Origin: Thalia democratica
Taxonomy: Eukaryota
Assembly (NCBI GenBank): GCA_965202585.1
Contig: OZ241829.1
Coordinates: 63,550,001 to 63,614,000, forward strand
Direction: 5' to 3'
Length of the DNA stretch: 64,000 nt
The notes beneath the pieces are model-generated. The model was not told the DNA's origin. It did no database searches and saw nothing but the letters and a program-made list of their open reading frames with translations. Numbering within the stretch: the stretch's first letter is position 1; every line of letters begins with the position of its first letter. Of this stretch, positions 23,115 through 35,201 are shown piece by piece. Both the position numbers and the translations under genes were made by a program.

Positions 23115-24004
23115 CAAAGATCGGCATGCTGCAATCCGCGGGCCGCAACAATGTACACTTTTGAAACTTGCACTAGATATTTTGGGATCTGAAATAAAAG
23201 GTAAACAATAATCTCAAGTACAGTTTACGGGAAGCCTTAATTATAAGAACCTATCAAAAATTAGTTTAAAATTTATACAAAAGTTAAATAGCATAAATCA
23301 AAGTATTGTATACGTTAGGTTAATTAACAAAAAAATAGAAAACCAAGGTTAGTGTGAGATAAGTAACTCTTGTTAAAGAAAAATTTAACCCGTTATTGAT
23401 TGACAAAAAATACTTTGAATTTTTTTATAAAAATATTTAAAATTAATATTACAGCTAGTCAATTTTTTTCACAAAGTTGTGTTAGTTAAATCTATGCTTA
23501 ACATTACCTCATGTTTTTTTGCATCTAATTTGAATTTTTTTGAAAATATATAGTTTTATTAATTACTTCACTTTAAACAAAGTAAATAAAAATATACAAT
23601 TTATTTTAGGTTTAGTGTTTATTTTACTAATTACAACATCAAGTAAGTTTTAATTTCTTCAAAATTAAAAAAAAAACGATCTTTTAAGGAGTTTGAGGTA
23701 GATTAGCTTAAGGCTGGGCAAAATTTATACTCAGCGGTTCAGATTTACAAAAAAACCACTCTACGCTAAATAAAAAACATATACTAAAAAGTTGAAAAAT
23801 ACCCTTCAAAAATATAAATATGCTGAAAAAATGGGTTAACCACTATACTACAAAACAAAATTATGAGCACGTTTATGTTATTCATTATAAGAATACTCAA
23901 TAAAATTTGTATAAACCAACTTTTTATAAAACTAGACAATAATTTTCCCGCCAGAGGGTGCTGCATTCGGATGCAAGCCGCGGGTTGTGAGTTGCCGACC
24001 CTAG
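23115..24004. mobile_element. Old hAT-type MITE (CAGGGGTCGGCA family)
   Basis: Degenerate TIRs CAAAGATCGGCA / TTGCCGACCCTAG with subterminal CCGCGGGCCGC motifs; related to the 47455-47804 element. No clean TSD. Confidence 0.5.
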
Positions 24005-24741
24005 CTTAGGTGGTCATAAAAACTTTTTTTTAATACGTTTTACGCTAATTTAACTTCAAAATCTTTTGGTAGATAACTGATTGTTCATCAATAAAAGTCA
24101 GCTGAAAACAGTCTTCTCAACGTACTTTAATAACAGCCGAAAAGTGCGTACTTAAAAGAAAGTGCGTATTCAAGTAGTCATAGTATAATTTTAACTAATG
24201 TTACTCTCATACTCAATTATCTTGAACTTAAGTAAAAACAAACTTAATTTTCTAAATAGTTGTGAAAATTTGTTTAATATTTATCCAAATTTGTTGAGGA
24301 CGAGAGTAAAACTTTTTAAAAGTACTGAAACCCTTAATGTGCAAAAAAATGTAAATATTTTAAAATAACTATCCTTTAGTTGTTTGCTTATTTGATGACA
24401 TTTTAAAACAGTATTTGAAAGTCTTTTACTGTGTTCTAAACATATTTAAGACTTATACTCGTATATACATATAAGTTTGTCTGTTATTCATGTCTGAATA
24501 TTTTTTTATATTTTGTGCTGTATGCTTTTAAAAACAGCTTTGCCGACAATTATTTTACCTTTTTACTGTTTTTAATTTAATTTGGTATCTAATTCTAAAT
24601 ATTCAGTCGGCATCATTTTTTATATACTATAAAGCTAACTAAAATTTTAAAACCTATTGTTACGTCAATAAAATTTCGATGTATAATTTTTAATTAGTTT
24701 CAAACTATATTTTTTCAAAACAACACGTTTTAGAAAACGCA

Positions 24742-25944
24742 ATGGAAAAGGCATTTATTATAAATGATCTTATGAATACAATGCTGACTGCAGTAGAAGA
24801 AAACTTGTCAACTAACAGTTTCAATGCTATCCAGCTGCAAACTAGCTTCGAAAAAGCGAATGAGATTGTTGCATATAATAATGATGTACCAACTCAAACT
24901 TCTGAGATTTGTAGTGGAAACAAAACTGAGTCTAACTTAAAAAGTGAGTTTGAGTTCTTAAATGTTCCTTCGTTGGTACAAAACAAAAGAAAAGGTAGTC
25001 TTATAACAGAAGACTCAGATGTAGTTAAAGATTGTGATATTCCTCTCAATATCGAGCACCAACCTAATTTGCGGAAAGTAAATGATACTGTTGTATCTAA
25101 TGCTCAAATAAAAAATTCTGAACCATCTTGTTCAGACAAAACTAAGTTTACTTTGGAGAGTAAGTCTGAGTTGTTAGACGTAGCTTCCATACAAAACAAA
25201 AGGAAAGACAGCCTTATAACTGGAAAATTTGATGTAGCTAAAAGTGGTGGTGCTTCTCTTAGTATGGTATCTGGCTCGGTTGAAAACAACATTTCTAAAA
25301 ATGAACTTAAAAATGACACTGTTTCAATTGATGCAGCAAAAGATGTAACGCGTATTAAGTCTGAATCAAGCATTGAACTCTCCTCTGAGCTGGAAATGAA
25401 AAGAAATTTCGACATGGGAGATAATGATGCATTGCTTTCTGTAAAGAATAAAGATGACATATTGAAACTCGAAAAAGAAAAAATGATTCATGATAAATTA
25501 TCTGTAAAAAAGAAAAAGATAATAGAAGTGTTTAGTTTCAGCTCACTCGAAAGAGAACTGACGCCAGATTACGAAAGTTTGTCTGATGATAGTGAGTTTT
25601 TTCTCACTAAAAGTCCTGATATTGAAAGCCACTTTCAACAAGATACTGAAATCTGTAGCTCAATAAAATCATCCAATAGCAAAATATCGAACACTTTTGA
25701 AATTACCAATGAACGAAAGATGAAATCAAAATCTAAAAAGTTCAGATGGTTTAGGTCAAACCGAGTTTCTCCCGACCAGCTGCAACAAGAAGTAAAAATT
25801 AAGTCAAAGGCAAAGAGGCTAGCTTCGAGTTTTGCTAAAGGATTGAGAGGTTCATTGAACAATGTAAGGAAAGCTTATAATAGCAGAAGACGACTAAATT
25901 TGATGGTTTTATGTCCAGTACCTTTGTTTTTCATGCATTTGTAA
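24742..25944 (+). CDS. Orphan low-complexity Ser/Lys/Asn/Glu-rich protein (or one large exon), 400 aa, with an internal duplication of about 72 aa
   Basis: 1.2-kb uninterrupted ORF in very AT-rich DNA. Repeat KTESNLKSEFEFLNVPSLVQNKRKGSLITEDSDVVK vs KTKFTLESKSELLDVASIQNKRKDSLITGKFDVAK. A possible acceptor TTTTAG at about 24733 means it may be an internal exon. No family recognised. Confidence 0.7.
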   Translation: MEKAFIINDLMNTMLTAVEENLSTNSFNAIQLQTSFEKANEIVAYNNDVPTQTSEICSGNKTESNLKSEFEFLNVPSLVQNKRKGSLITEDSDVVKDCDIPLNIEHQPNLRKVNDTVVSNAQIKNSEPSCSDKTKFTLESKSELLDVASIQNKRKDSLITGKFDVAKSGGASLSMVSGSVENNISKNELKNDTVSIDAAKDVTRIKSESSIELSSELEMKRNFDMGDNDALLSVKNKDDILKLEKEKMIHDKLSVKKKKIIEVFSFSSLERELTPDYESLSDDSEFFLTKSPDIESHFQQDTEICSSIKSSNSKISNTFEITNERKMKSKSKKFRWFRSNRVSPDQLQQEVKIKSKAKRLASSFAKGLRGSLNNVRKAYNSRRRLNLMVLCPVPLFFMHL

Positions 25945-26451
25945 TATAGTGCATTTCTAAATAAAATTGATACAACTGATTTTTTTTTATTTTCTTTTAT
26001 TTTAGTATGCAATGATAAAAACTTATTTAAATAATTACTGGCTTTAGCAGTTCATCTATGACAACATCTAAATTTAGAGTTTCAAATAAAGTTAAACAGT
26101 ACTGCAATTTGATAATTTGATATAAACTGAGTAAACTAGTACTGCAATAAGAAAAGTGGAATACTGATTTTATTTTACTTAGCTTTCGTAACTTATTAAT
26201 AAACAACCTTATAACTAACTAAAACATTTTTTAACAAAAAATTATAATTTTTTTACAAAAAATGTTTGTCGCTGTACTTTATATAAGCTTACGAAGAATT
26301 TAACAATAAAAACAAAAGTGATTTTGTAGTGAAAAGCAATAGTATAAATAGAGACAGATGTTTGATAAGAAGAAAATATATTTGGAACTGCATATTTGAT
26401 AATAGCAGTTACATAAAATTTCAAATTTTGACAATTCAAGTTCTTAAATCT

Positions 26452-28150
26452 ATGTTTGAGTGACCACAACTCAAAAAGTGTTTTATATTGGAAAAAATAA
26501 AATATGCTCCTGTAAACCTAAAAAATAAGATTATTTTAGCAAAAAAATTAATTAAAAAATTATTTATGTAAACAAAAATGATTATTTAATAAAGTTACTT
26601 AATTTTAGTAAGTTTAAAAACTCTTTTATCGTTCGCAGATAAGATATTTGCCTTTTTTTTTAAATTCTTTGAAATTTTTCAAGTTTCGTTAAGGGCTATC
26701 TATCTACAATATAAAGCTACTTTAGCATGGAATTTTTAAGAAAGACATTATTTTTGTTAAAACGGTATTTTTACAAAAAAGTAAGTTTATTTTAATAAAA
26801 GTGCTGAGGTTTAGTTTACAAGCATTTTATTTACTAATAGACTTTACAATATATGATGTTCAAACAGCATGGAAAATTAAGACCGTTAAATTTGTTTACT
26901 AATATGTTTAAAATATGTTTTTAGGCAGTTATATGTTTTAAACTTATGCTTTGTTCCTTGTATTTTTAAGAAAACATCCATAACAAACTAATTTAACCCT
27001 TAGTTTGAATTTATTTTTATATAAAGCGTACGAGAAGTGTAAAATTTAAGCGTATAAATAGTTTTCTACTAGAGCATTACAATTCATTATTAAAAGTCAA
27101 TATAGGCCAATGAATAGAAGTAGAGGGAAAATGCTCAGGGAACCAAGCACTCATTGACTAATGATACTTCAAATGATATGAAAAATAAACTTGATGAATC
27201 TTTTCTATCTGAAGAAAAAAACGTCATCAAAACTGACTTACAGCATCTTGAACGCATGAAAACTGACAAAGTAGCAAGTTATAATTCTGTATACAAAACA
27301 AACACCAAAAGAGTTAAGAAACGCAGGCAGAAAGTAGGCAAAAATCTCAGAGCCATCTTGCAGTAATGACAAATCAAGACATTACTGACGTTACTCTTAT
27401 TTATCCTTGCAATTTAGATGTGCCATCATTAACTAAATTATAAAAAAGGACCGCATAAAAGTGTAATCATAAAAATTGTATCATTGTTTTACTTGCTGAC
27501 TTTCTTAAAGACGATAGGTTAGTTTGAGCAGTAAAAAAACTAATATCTGTCTAGTTCAAAAATATACAAATGTTCTTTTATAATAGGTATTGTGAAAATA
27601 GAAGTTTTGTTAATAATCGAAAATATTTAAAAAAAAACTTAACAAGATCCCTACACAAGTTTCTTTCACTGTTAAGCAAAAGTTTTCCGCTTTAAAAAAC
27701 ATTCTAGTGCGTTGGGATGACGAATCTAGATGGCATTTTAAAGCAAAAAAAATTGACGGCTTCTGTTTCAGGAAAGCGTAGAACACCAAGAGTTCCTTAC
27801 TAGTATTAACGGCGAAAGTATTTGTAGGAAGTGATGAATCTTCTTAAAAAGTTAAACGGTATAAACAGCATTAATTGATTGATTTTTGACACTGCAGGAC
27901 ACACCACAGTTGTTTTTGTGACATTTGACTTGAACTGCTACTAAATAAAGCTAGCCTGTTTTTTTCTAGCCATGTAAAGTTCAAAAACTCCCTAGATAGA
28001 AGTCAAGTTTTACGAAGCATCGAAATGAGTCCGGCAACACCGTATGGGAGAGTTTGTTTTTACAGATATTATTTTCAAAACTCGTCACAAACGTTGGAAA
28101 TTTGTCTCGTCTGTTACTTATGGACCAATATTTAAGAAATATGTGTTTGA
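26452..28150 (+). mobile_element. Heavily decayed DNA transposon with hAT-like transposase traces
   Basis: The left part equals the 2487-3310 repeat. Broken frames give ILVRWDDE (about 27700), IFDTAGHT (about 27880) and DIIFKTRHKRWKF (about 28065), reminiscent of the LVVHWDGK / FDTTASNTG / ILLFKRFK.W motifs I recall from a divergent hAT group. Many stops. Confidence 0.35.
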
Positions 28151-29029
28151 AGTTTATAAAGTCAACTTTTAAGAAATAATTTGTTTAAAACTTAAAGATA
28201 AAATACTATTTATCAAAAAGAATAGACTTTGAAGATGTGGTAGGTACAAAAAGTAAGAAAAAGAATATAAGGAAACCAATTTGTTTAAAAATTAACATTT
28301 TTTTCAACTAATATACTTATTAACTAAACTGTTTGATATTTTTCTCTATGATGAAAAAACATCAGTCTCAAACTCTACCCCTATTTTATTCTAATAATGG
28401 AACTATTTTTATTATCTTGTACAAATAAATAAGATTATTATTTACTCAACCTTTTTAATAGCAGCTTTTAATTAGTTCTCTAATTTATTTTTTTAAGGAA
28501 AGAACTGATTGTAATAATTTAACTTTTATCATTCAATAAGACCTTTTAAAAAAAAATTAAGCTAAAATTTAAGTTAATTTAAAACTCACTTTAACCAAAG
28601 TTTTAATTATCATCATTAATTTCTGTTTTTAAGTTATTGATTGTGTTTTACTTTTTATAAAAAATTGTTTTAGAGCATAAAACTATTATTAAATGAGCTA
28701 AATGTTAGAATTTTAAGAAACTCAAAATTTCAAAGCTTTTAAAGTAAGGTTTTTTTTAAAGAATTAAACCGCAATAAAACAACATTATTTTCTTCTATAA
28801 GCTTGTAGTGAAAAATCACTTATAGCAATTATTTAAGGGCTAAAAGCGTATTCATTGCTAACTTCCAAAAAAGCAATTTTTTTACGAAGATTTAGTGCTT
28901 TATAGCTACCTATGGGAACTCTGCGTTTGTATGATGATTATAAGGAGCCTTTCGAACTAGCCCTAGTTACATTAGCATTAAACCCTTGTTTAGTATATTT
29001 TTTTAACGATAATGCATAAAATTAATCAA

Positions 29030-29169
29030 CGCAAACCGAGCAAAATTTGCACTCTGTGCAATGAAGAAAGATTGGAAACAGCATTTGCTGACAAAAGTCA
29101 TCCCTTAACTCTAAAACTGACTTAATTGGTAAATGCAGGCACTTCGCTAAACTTTATTTGAAATCATAA
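29030..29169 (+). mobile_element. Penelope-like element, C-terminal GIY-YIG fragment
   Basis: KPSKICTLCNEERLETAF..(frameshift)..LNSKTDLIGKCRHFAKLYLKS*, the CxxC...LNxxxELxxxCRH tail also seen at the end of the 51978-54161 element. Confidence 0.7.
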
Positions 29170-30349
29170 CATTGTCACGTCCGTATTTGCAAATTTTACT
29201 ATTTTATACGTTTATTGCATTTGTGCTTGTATTTTTATCGTATTTGTGTTTTCTATTATTTATTTTTATTTATTGAATTTATTTTTACTTTCTTTTTTTT
29301 TTACCACATCTAGCAAGTTTTTTTATATCTAAATTTATCTAACTCCCATTATTATATGAATAATAGCTCTTTGATAGTTATTTAGTTGACCATTAAGCAT
29401 TTTTGGTTTTTTTAAAATTAACAGACTTATCTAATTTAATCAGTTTTAATTCAAATATATTTAGTGCTGATTGTTAGCACGTAATAGTATAGTAGTATAT
29501 ATGACTTTGTCTGTCTTACTTTATATAGTTTTTAAATCGTAATCATTGCGTTTGCATGAAACACTGTGTTAAATAAAAACTCTCAATTTTAAGTTGTCTA
29601 ATTCATATTTATTTAACGTCCATTTGCTGTTTCTTAAGCTACCTAGATAAGTTTTACTTTTTTTATTTTACGCCCTTCAAATATTTTTCAAAGCAAAAGT
29701 CATTGAAAAAAGATTGACTTGACTTGACACTACTTGTTTAAAAAAACTTAACGACTTGTTGATGTTCGCACAAGTTGTTTCATTCCCTATCGGGTCAATT
29801 GTACTGTAGGGCTATTATAGTCAAATGTCAGTTTGATCTGAGCTAAGCTGAAAAAAATCCTGAGTCAGCAAAAATGTTTTTTTTAAAGATTTTTTGTTTT
29901 GGTTATCATATTTTATCTTAAATTAATTTCAAAATGTTTGGGTCAAGTTGGTTAAGGTAAACGGTATACATATAAAAAAAACAAAAAAAAACTTAAAAAA
30001 AATTGGTGGCTTAATTTTTTTTCCAGCTTAGATTGACTGGCCTTAAGATATTCTCTCCCTGACAGAGTAAATCAAAATTAAGCTGTTTGTTTACATTTTA
30101 CAGACTTCCCTAATACAAAACTGTTAGTAAATATTAAGGCTGTTCTTACCTTACAGAAAACAAATTTAAACAAAATTACTTTTTGATTTGGCTAAACAAA
30201 ATAAATTTATTGAAGTTTTTACAAAGAAATGTTAAAAAAATCCTGTATAAATTTTTCTTGCAGTTATTTGTTCTTTCCCCTAAGTCTTAATTAAAAAAAA
30301 ACTGTTTATTTGCATTAATTCTATATTTATAGTTTTTTTTTATATACTA

Positions 30350-30856
30350 AAGGTCTGCCAATAAAATTGGAATTTGAGAATTTAGGCAAAACAAAAGTCA
30401 GGAAAAACCTTGAATTTGAAACAAAAATTCTTGGATTTCAAGCTGAAACCTTTGAAAAGCCAGAAATTTTTAAGTTCTTTACATATAAAACAATAAAATT
30501 TGTATTAGATTCAATAAATTTCTTGCACCATTTAAAACTTTATTCGTTGAAAAATACATTTAAAGTAGCTTAAGTATATTTTCAGTGTTATTATATTATG
30601 TTCTGAAATTTTCAGCTTTTTATCTCTAAAAATGTAGATTAAGATAGATTTTTAGTAAAATAAACTTTTTTTGCCTTTTAGTTTGCCCCTCCTATAATGA
30701 ATCTATTGTAACCTCTATAATTGACCTGGTATATCTCAAAAATAAAATTGAAATTTAGAAATCTGTAAAAATAATTTTGTAGCTTATCACATCTATATAA
30801 AATAAGACTAAATTGTGAAAAAAAAAGATTAACCCCCCTCACCCCTATGTCCTTAA
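30350..30856. mobile_element. Fused MITE remnants: degenerate CAGGGTTGCC-family piece plus TTAA-flanked element end
   Basis: 30350-30650 has GAATTTG..AATTTAGGCAAAA..GGAAAAACCTTGAATTT as in the 50765 copy. 30690-30856 is the reverse complement of the 337-520 element and ends CC|TTAA. Confidence 0.5.
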
Positions 30857-31339
30857 AAAAATTATGATAAGTTAATATTAAAGTTTTATAAGGGCTAATA
30901 GAATTTATTATGATGTAACTTACTTGCTTGACTTTTAGTATGGTTTATTATTGTACAGTACATGTAAGAGTAAAACTGAAGTTTTTCTACTAAAAAAATA
31001 TGAAAATTAAACTTCAAAATGATTTTTTTCAATTGTTTAGTATTCCAGAAAATCTCAAAAAAGATAAGTTTAAATAAAGTTTAAAGTATTCTTGTTAAGC
31101 TAGAATGCTGACTAAATTTAGAATGCTTTCAATATATTATAGTTTGTGTTGCATGCAGATTGCTTTATTGTTATAGTTGGTATTTGTCATGTGTTTATCT
31201 AATTATATGTACGGTTAGCTTTGTGTACATTTTGGGAATGGTCTTGATTTTTACAAGCTTGATTTATTTTTTAGAGTTTTATCTGAGCTATCAGACTTAT
31301 TTGAACACTTTAAAAATCAAAGATATGAGAATTTATTTT

Positions 31340-31559
31340 GTTTTGTTCTATGTGCATACTAAGTTATTATTTATCGTACAGGACTATTTGTTTGTAATTT
31401 TATTTATTTATTTTTTTTTACTGTGTTGTTTTTAGATTTTAATTTTCATTGAATGTAATTTGTTTGTTTCTTTTCTCGTGTGTATCGTTTAAGCGGCTCG
31501 GGTTTTAATGCCCGAGTCCATCTTTGCACAATAAACTCCAATAATAATAATAATAATAA
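31340..31559 (+). mobile_element. 5'-truncated CR1/L2-type LINE 3' end with (AAT)n tail
   Basis: Near-identical to 48310-48488: TGTGCATACTAAGTTAT...AAGCGGCTC.GGTTTTAATGCCCGA.TCCATCTT.GCACAATAAACTCC(AAT)n. Confidence 0.85.
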
Positions 31560-32102
31560 GCCATCAAAGTTGGTATACTCAATAGGTTCCTAATGGAAAG
31601 CACAAATCAATAACATTATAAAAGACTATTTCAGTAAATATTTAACTTCTCCTTCACTTTCAAACCAATCTTCAAATTTTCACAGAAAGTCCATTACTGA
31701 AATTTGAATTAGGTCGAATGCAAAAAAATTTCCTAAAATATAAAAATTATTAATAAAACCACTTATTATTATTTTATTTGTTAAATTTTAGTTTTTTCTT
31801 TATAAAAGATTGCAACGTTCAAAGTCTTTTAAACTATAAAAGGAACGTTTCCTGAAAGTCTGAGGACTCTAGCTTAAAGAATTAAAGAAAAGATATATTT
31901 TTGTGATTTTTAAAGTATCCAAGAAAATTAACCCTGAAATTTTGCAGACTATACCTTTGTATCTGAAAATTTTTACAAAATTACAAAATCTCAAAGGTTA
32001 AATTTTTTTTTTAATTCTATAAAAACTGGTTTGTAGTTTGTACTTAAAGCTTTCATATAAGAGCCAATTTTGGAAAAAATGTAGGACTCCCTATGCCCTT
32101 AA
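31560..32102. mobile_element. TTAA-flanked element (same family as 337-640), left end missing
   Basis: Internal AATAGGTTCCTAATGGAAAG near 31582; right end CCCTATGCCC|TTAA at 32098. Confidence 0.45.
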
Positions 32103-35100
32103 ATTTATTTCTTTTTCTAAAAGATCTGTAAAACAGTTAAGGCTTAGTAGGAGTTGTAATTTTATATGAAAACCTAAATTTTTTTAATTTAAAAAAAACA
32201 GGAAAAACTTTGAAGTTTGAGGAATTTTTTATGTAAAATAATGAATTTTAGATACAATAAAAAAAGTGATTACTGTATTTATAAAACAATATATATAATT
32301 CAATATAGAATTCCCAATTTTTTAAGCAAAAAAATTAGTCTCAGTGACCTAAAACTAGCACGAATTTATGAAAAATTGTTAAAAAAGTGATATAAGCTTG
32401 AAATCTAACTCTGAATAAAAGGCTTAAACACTTATAGTAACAAAAGGACTTAGTAAAAACGTAGTTTTCAAGAAGTAATGATCTAAAGTCATAAAAAAAC
32501 TACTATGAGTGTTTAAAAAATCCAAACTAGTCTAAGTTGTTTAAAAAGTCTATGTGCAATCCTATCAGAGAGTTTTATTTACTATAAAACACATTTAAAT
32601 CGCACTACAATATTCATTAACTATTCAAAATAATTTTTTACCTTAAATTCAGTATTTGAAAATTTTTACTTTTAAAACATATAAAATATGTAGATACAAA
32701 GTTTCAAATACATCCTTTACAAAACCTGGAAAAAGCAGGAAATAAGAAAAAAAAACCACTACTGTTAAAAGGTGAAAGGCCACCCTGTTAAAACCAACAG
32801 TCTATTAAAGCTGCTCAAAAGTTGGTTAAAAAAATTTAAAATATATTGCAATATGCTAAAAAACAACTACAAATGCAATATACAAGGTGATTATTTAACC
32901 TCGAATATCATGGAGTTAAAAATAAGGAAAAAAAAACCTGGAATTAAAAAAAAAATCACTAAAAAACCTAGAAAAATATAGATTGTTGAACAACTTCACA
33001 TAAAAATTCATAAAACTTGAATTAGAAATCAAATATTTATTATACAATATATTTTTTAAAAGTTTTACAGTGTCTAGACAATATTTTTATTCTGAAAGAA
33101 ATTAGAAAATTTTGAAAATTTATAAAACCCAAAAACAGTGCATTTTACAATACATGGCCAAATACAGTGCCACCCTGAATACAGTGCATTTTTAGTAAAA
33201 TTAGTAAAACATCCTGTTACTTGAAGTTTTCTGTACACTTAAAAAAGACAACAGAACTTGTACTTTATCAACCTAGAACTAAATCTGAAATCATGGAGAA
33301 ATTTTCCAAAATAACCCTTTTTTTAGGTTCTAAAACTTTATATATTTATTAAGTGATAAATTGTATTTTTGTTTGTTGTTTTTATATATCTAATTATTTG
33401 TCATTTAAGATTATAACTATTGTCATAATTTTATTTCATTTGATTTATTGTTAATTTGTAGTATACTTCTAAAAGGTGTCTATTACTTATAAAAGTGTCT
33501 AATAAAGTTTAAGACTTAAAAAGAAATTGTCAGATGTTATAAACTTAATTTGAAAAATTTAAATTTTGTTCCATAATAGGTGTAGTACAGCCTGCGGGCT
33601 AAACAAGACCCCCAGAGATAAATTGACCAGCCCACCAAAGTTTACAAAATTTAATTGGAATCTAGATTACTAAACAAAATTTTAAAAAATGGAGATGCAG
33701 TAATTTGAAATGAAGAGTAAAAAATGAGATCTTGTTATAATTCATAGGTTTTACTTATTTAAGAAATTCTAAAAAAGGTCACTTAGATTTTTCTAATTTA
33801 TTGGTTAGTTGAGCAATTCTTGTCAAATAAATGAAACTAAAACACTCCTGTCCGCAAAGGACTAACTTTTTCAACATCTGGCCCGCTGACTTAAAATTTT
33901 GTCAACTTTTCCCACCTCTATATTATAACATGTTCATTAAACTTAACCACAAAACCATAAACAATAATACGTGTTACATACTGTAACTTGGTTTTGTATT
34001 AATTAGTATAGCAGGAAGGTGTCTTGGCAATGCCAAAGATGACAAAAAGGTTACTACTAAGTATTAGAGAATTAAAAGAAATTAATAAAAGAAAACTAGT
34101 GTATTTTTTGTAAAATAAGTTAATGAACAAGTGTTTAAAATTTTGATTTAGCTTATAAAAGTAAACTTAGATTAACAAAGTTAAAATGTTTAATGTCTCA
34201 AAATTACTAGCTTTGTTGAGGTGAGCTGATGTTTTAAAACTAAATAAAACAATAGTATTACATAAGCAATGGTATTTTTATGTATTGAACAAAATTTATA
34301 TATTCTTTAGTTAAGACTACAAATCAGAGATTTGGAAACTTCATAGCCTACAACCATGTAAGTCTGACCCGCTAAGCCTAAATTGTTCTAGATATTCTGG
34401 TGGCCCTGACCACCAATGCTTGCTCTCCCTGTTCTAGAGTTTAGAGAAGGGTTTCCTAAATTAGGGAAATATTACCCTTTAAAGGCTATTCGGCTATCAG
34501 AGGGTGATAATTTAGTAATGCAGCAAAAGAGTAGATCGGTAATTAACTAGTAAAGGGGCAATATCTAATAAATGAGGATGATTATTTCTAAATTTCTGCC
34601 AAGGGTTGTTTATGAAATTGAGTTCGGAAACCCTGGTTCAAAGGAGGTGTAAGCAAAATTAGATAAAAATATAGTTTTAATTTTTTAATAAAAGCTACAA
34701 GTAGGTTTTACGAGCATTTATATTTGTTACTGTTTTAAAAATATGGTCATTTAAAAAAAGTTTTAAGTACAAGTATATGGTGGTATTTTTTTATTTTTCA
34801 ATTAAATATAGTATCTTAAAATGTTTAAAGGTTGTTTAAACCAAGAACTTAAAAAATAAGAACTTAGAAACTTTTTTGTTGTTATTTGACAAAGTCAGCT
34901 CATGCTCACCAAAACCTGGTATTTAAACAAAGTAGTGCACAAACATTTGTATTATTAAACCAAGAACTATATATTTTTGAAAAGTTTGTAGTTACTCTAA
35001 AAGAAGATTCTTTATTTTAATAATTAAATAATAGTTTGTTGACAAAGTTTTAATCTCCTAAAGTTGTATATATATTAGATTCTAGTCTAGACTAATTCTG

Positions 35101-35201
35101 TAATAACTGTATAAAAGTTTTCTTTTTAGCTTTTGTAATCAATTTTTTTTTGATGAAGTCTTTAATTTGTCTCTTTCAGGTTTCAATTTTTAAAATTTGA
35201 T

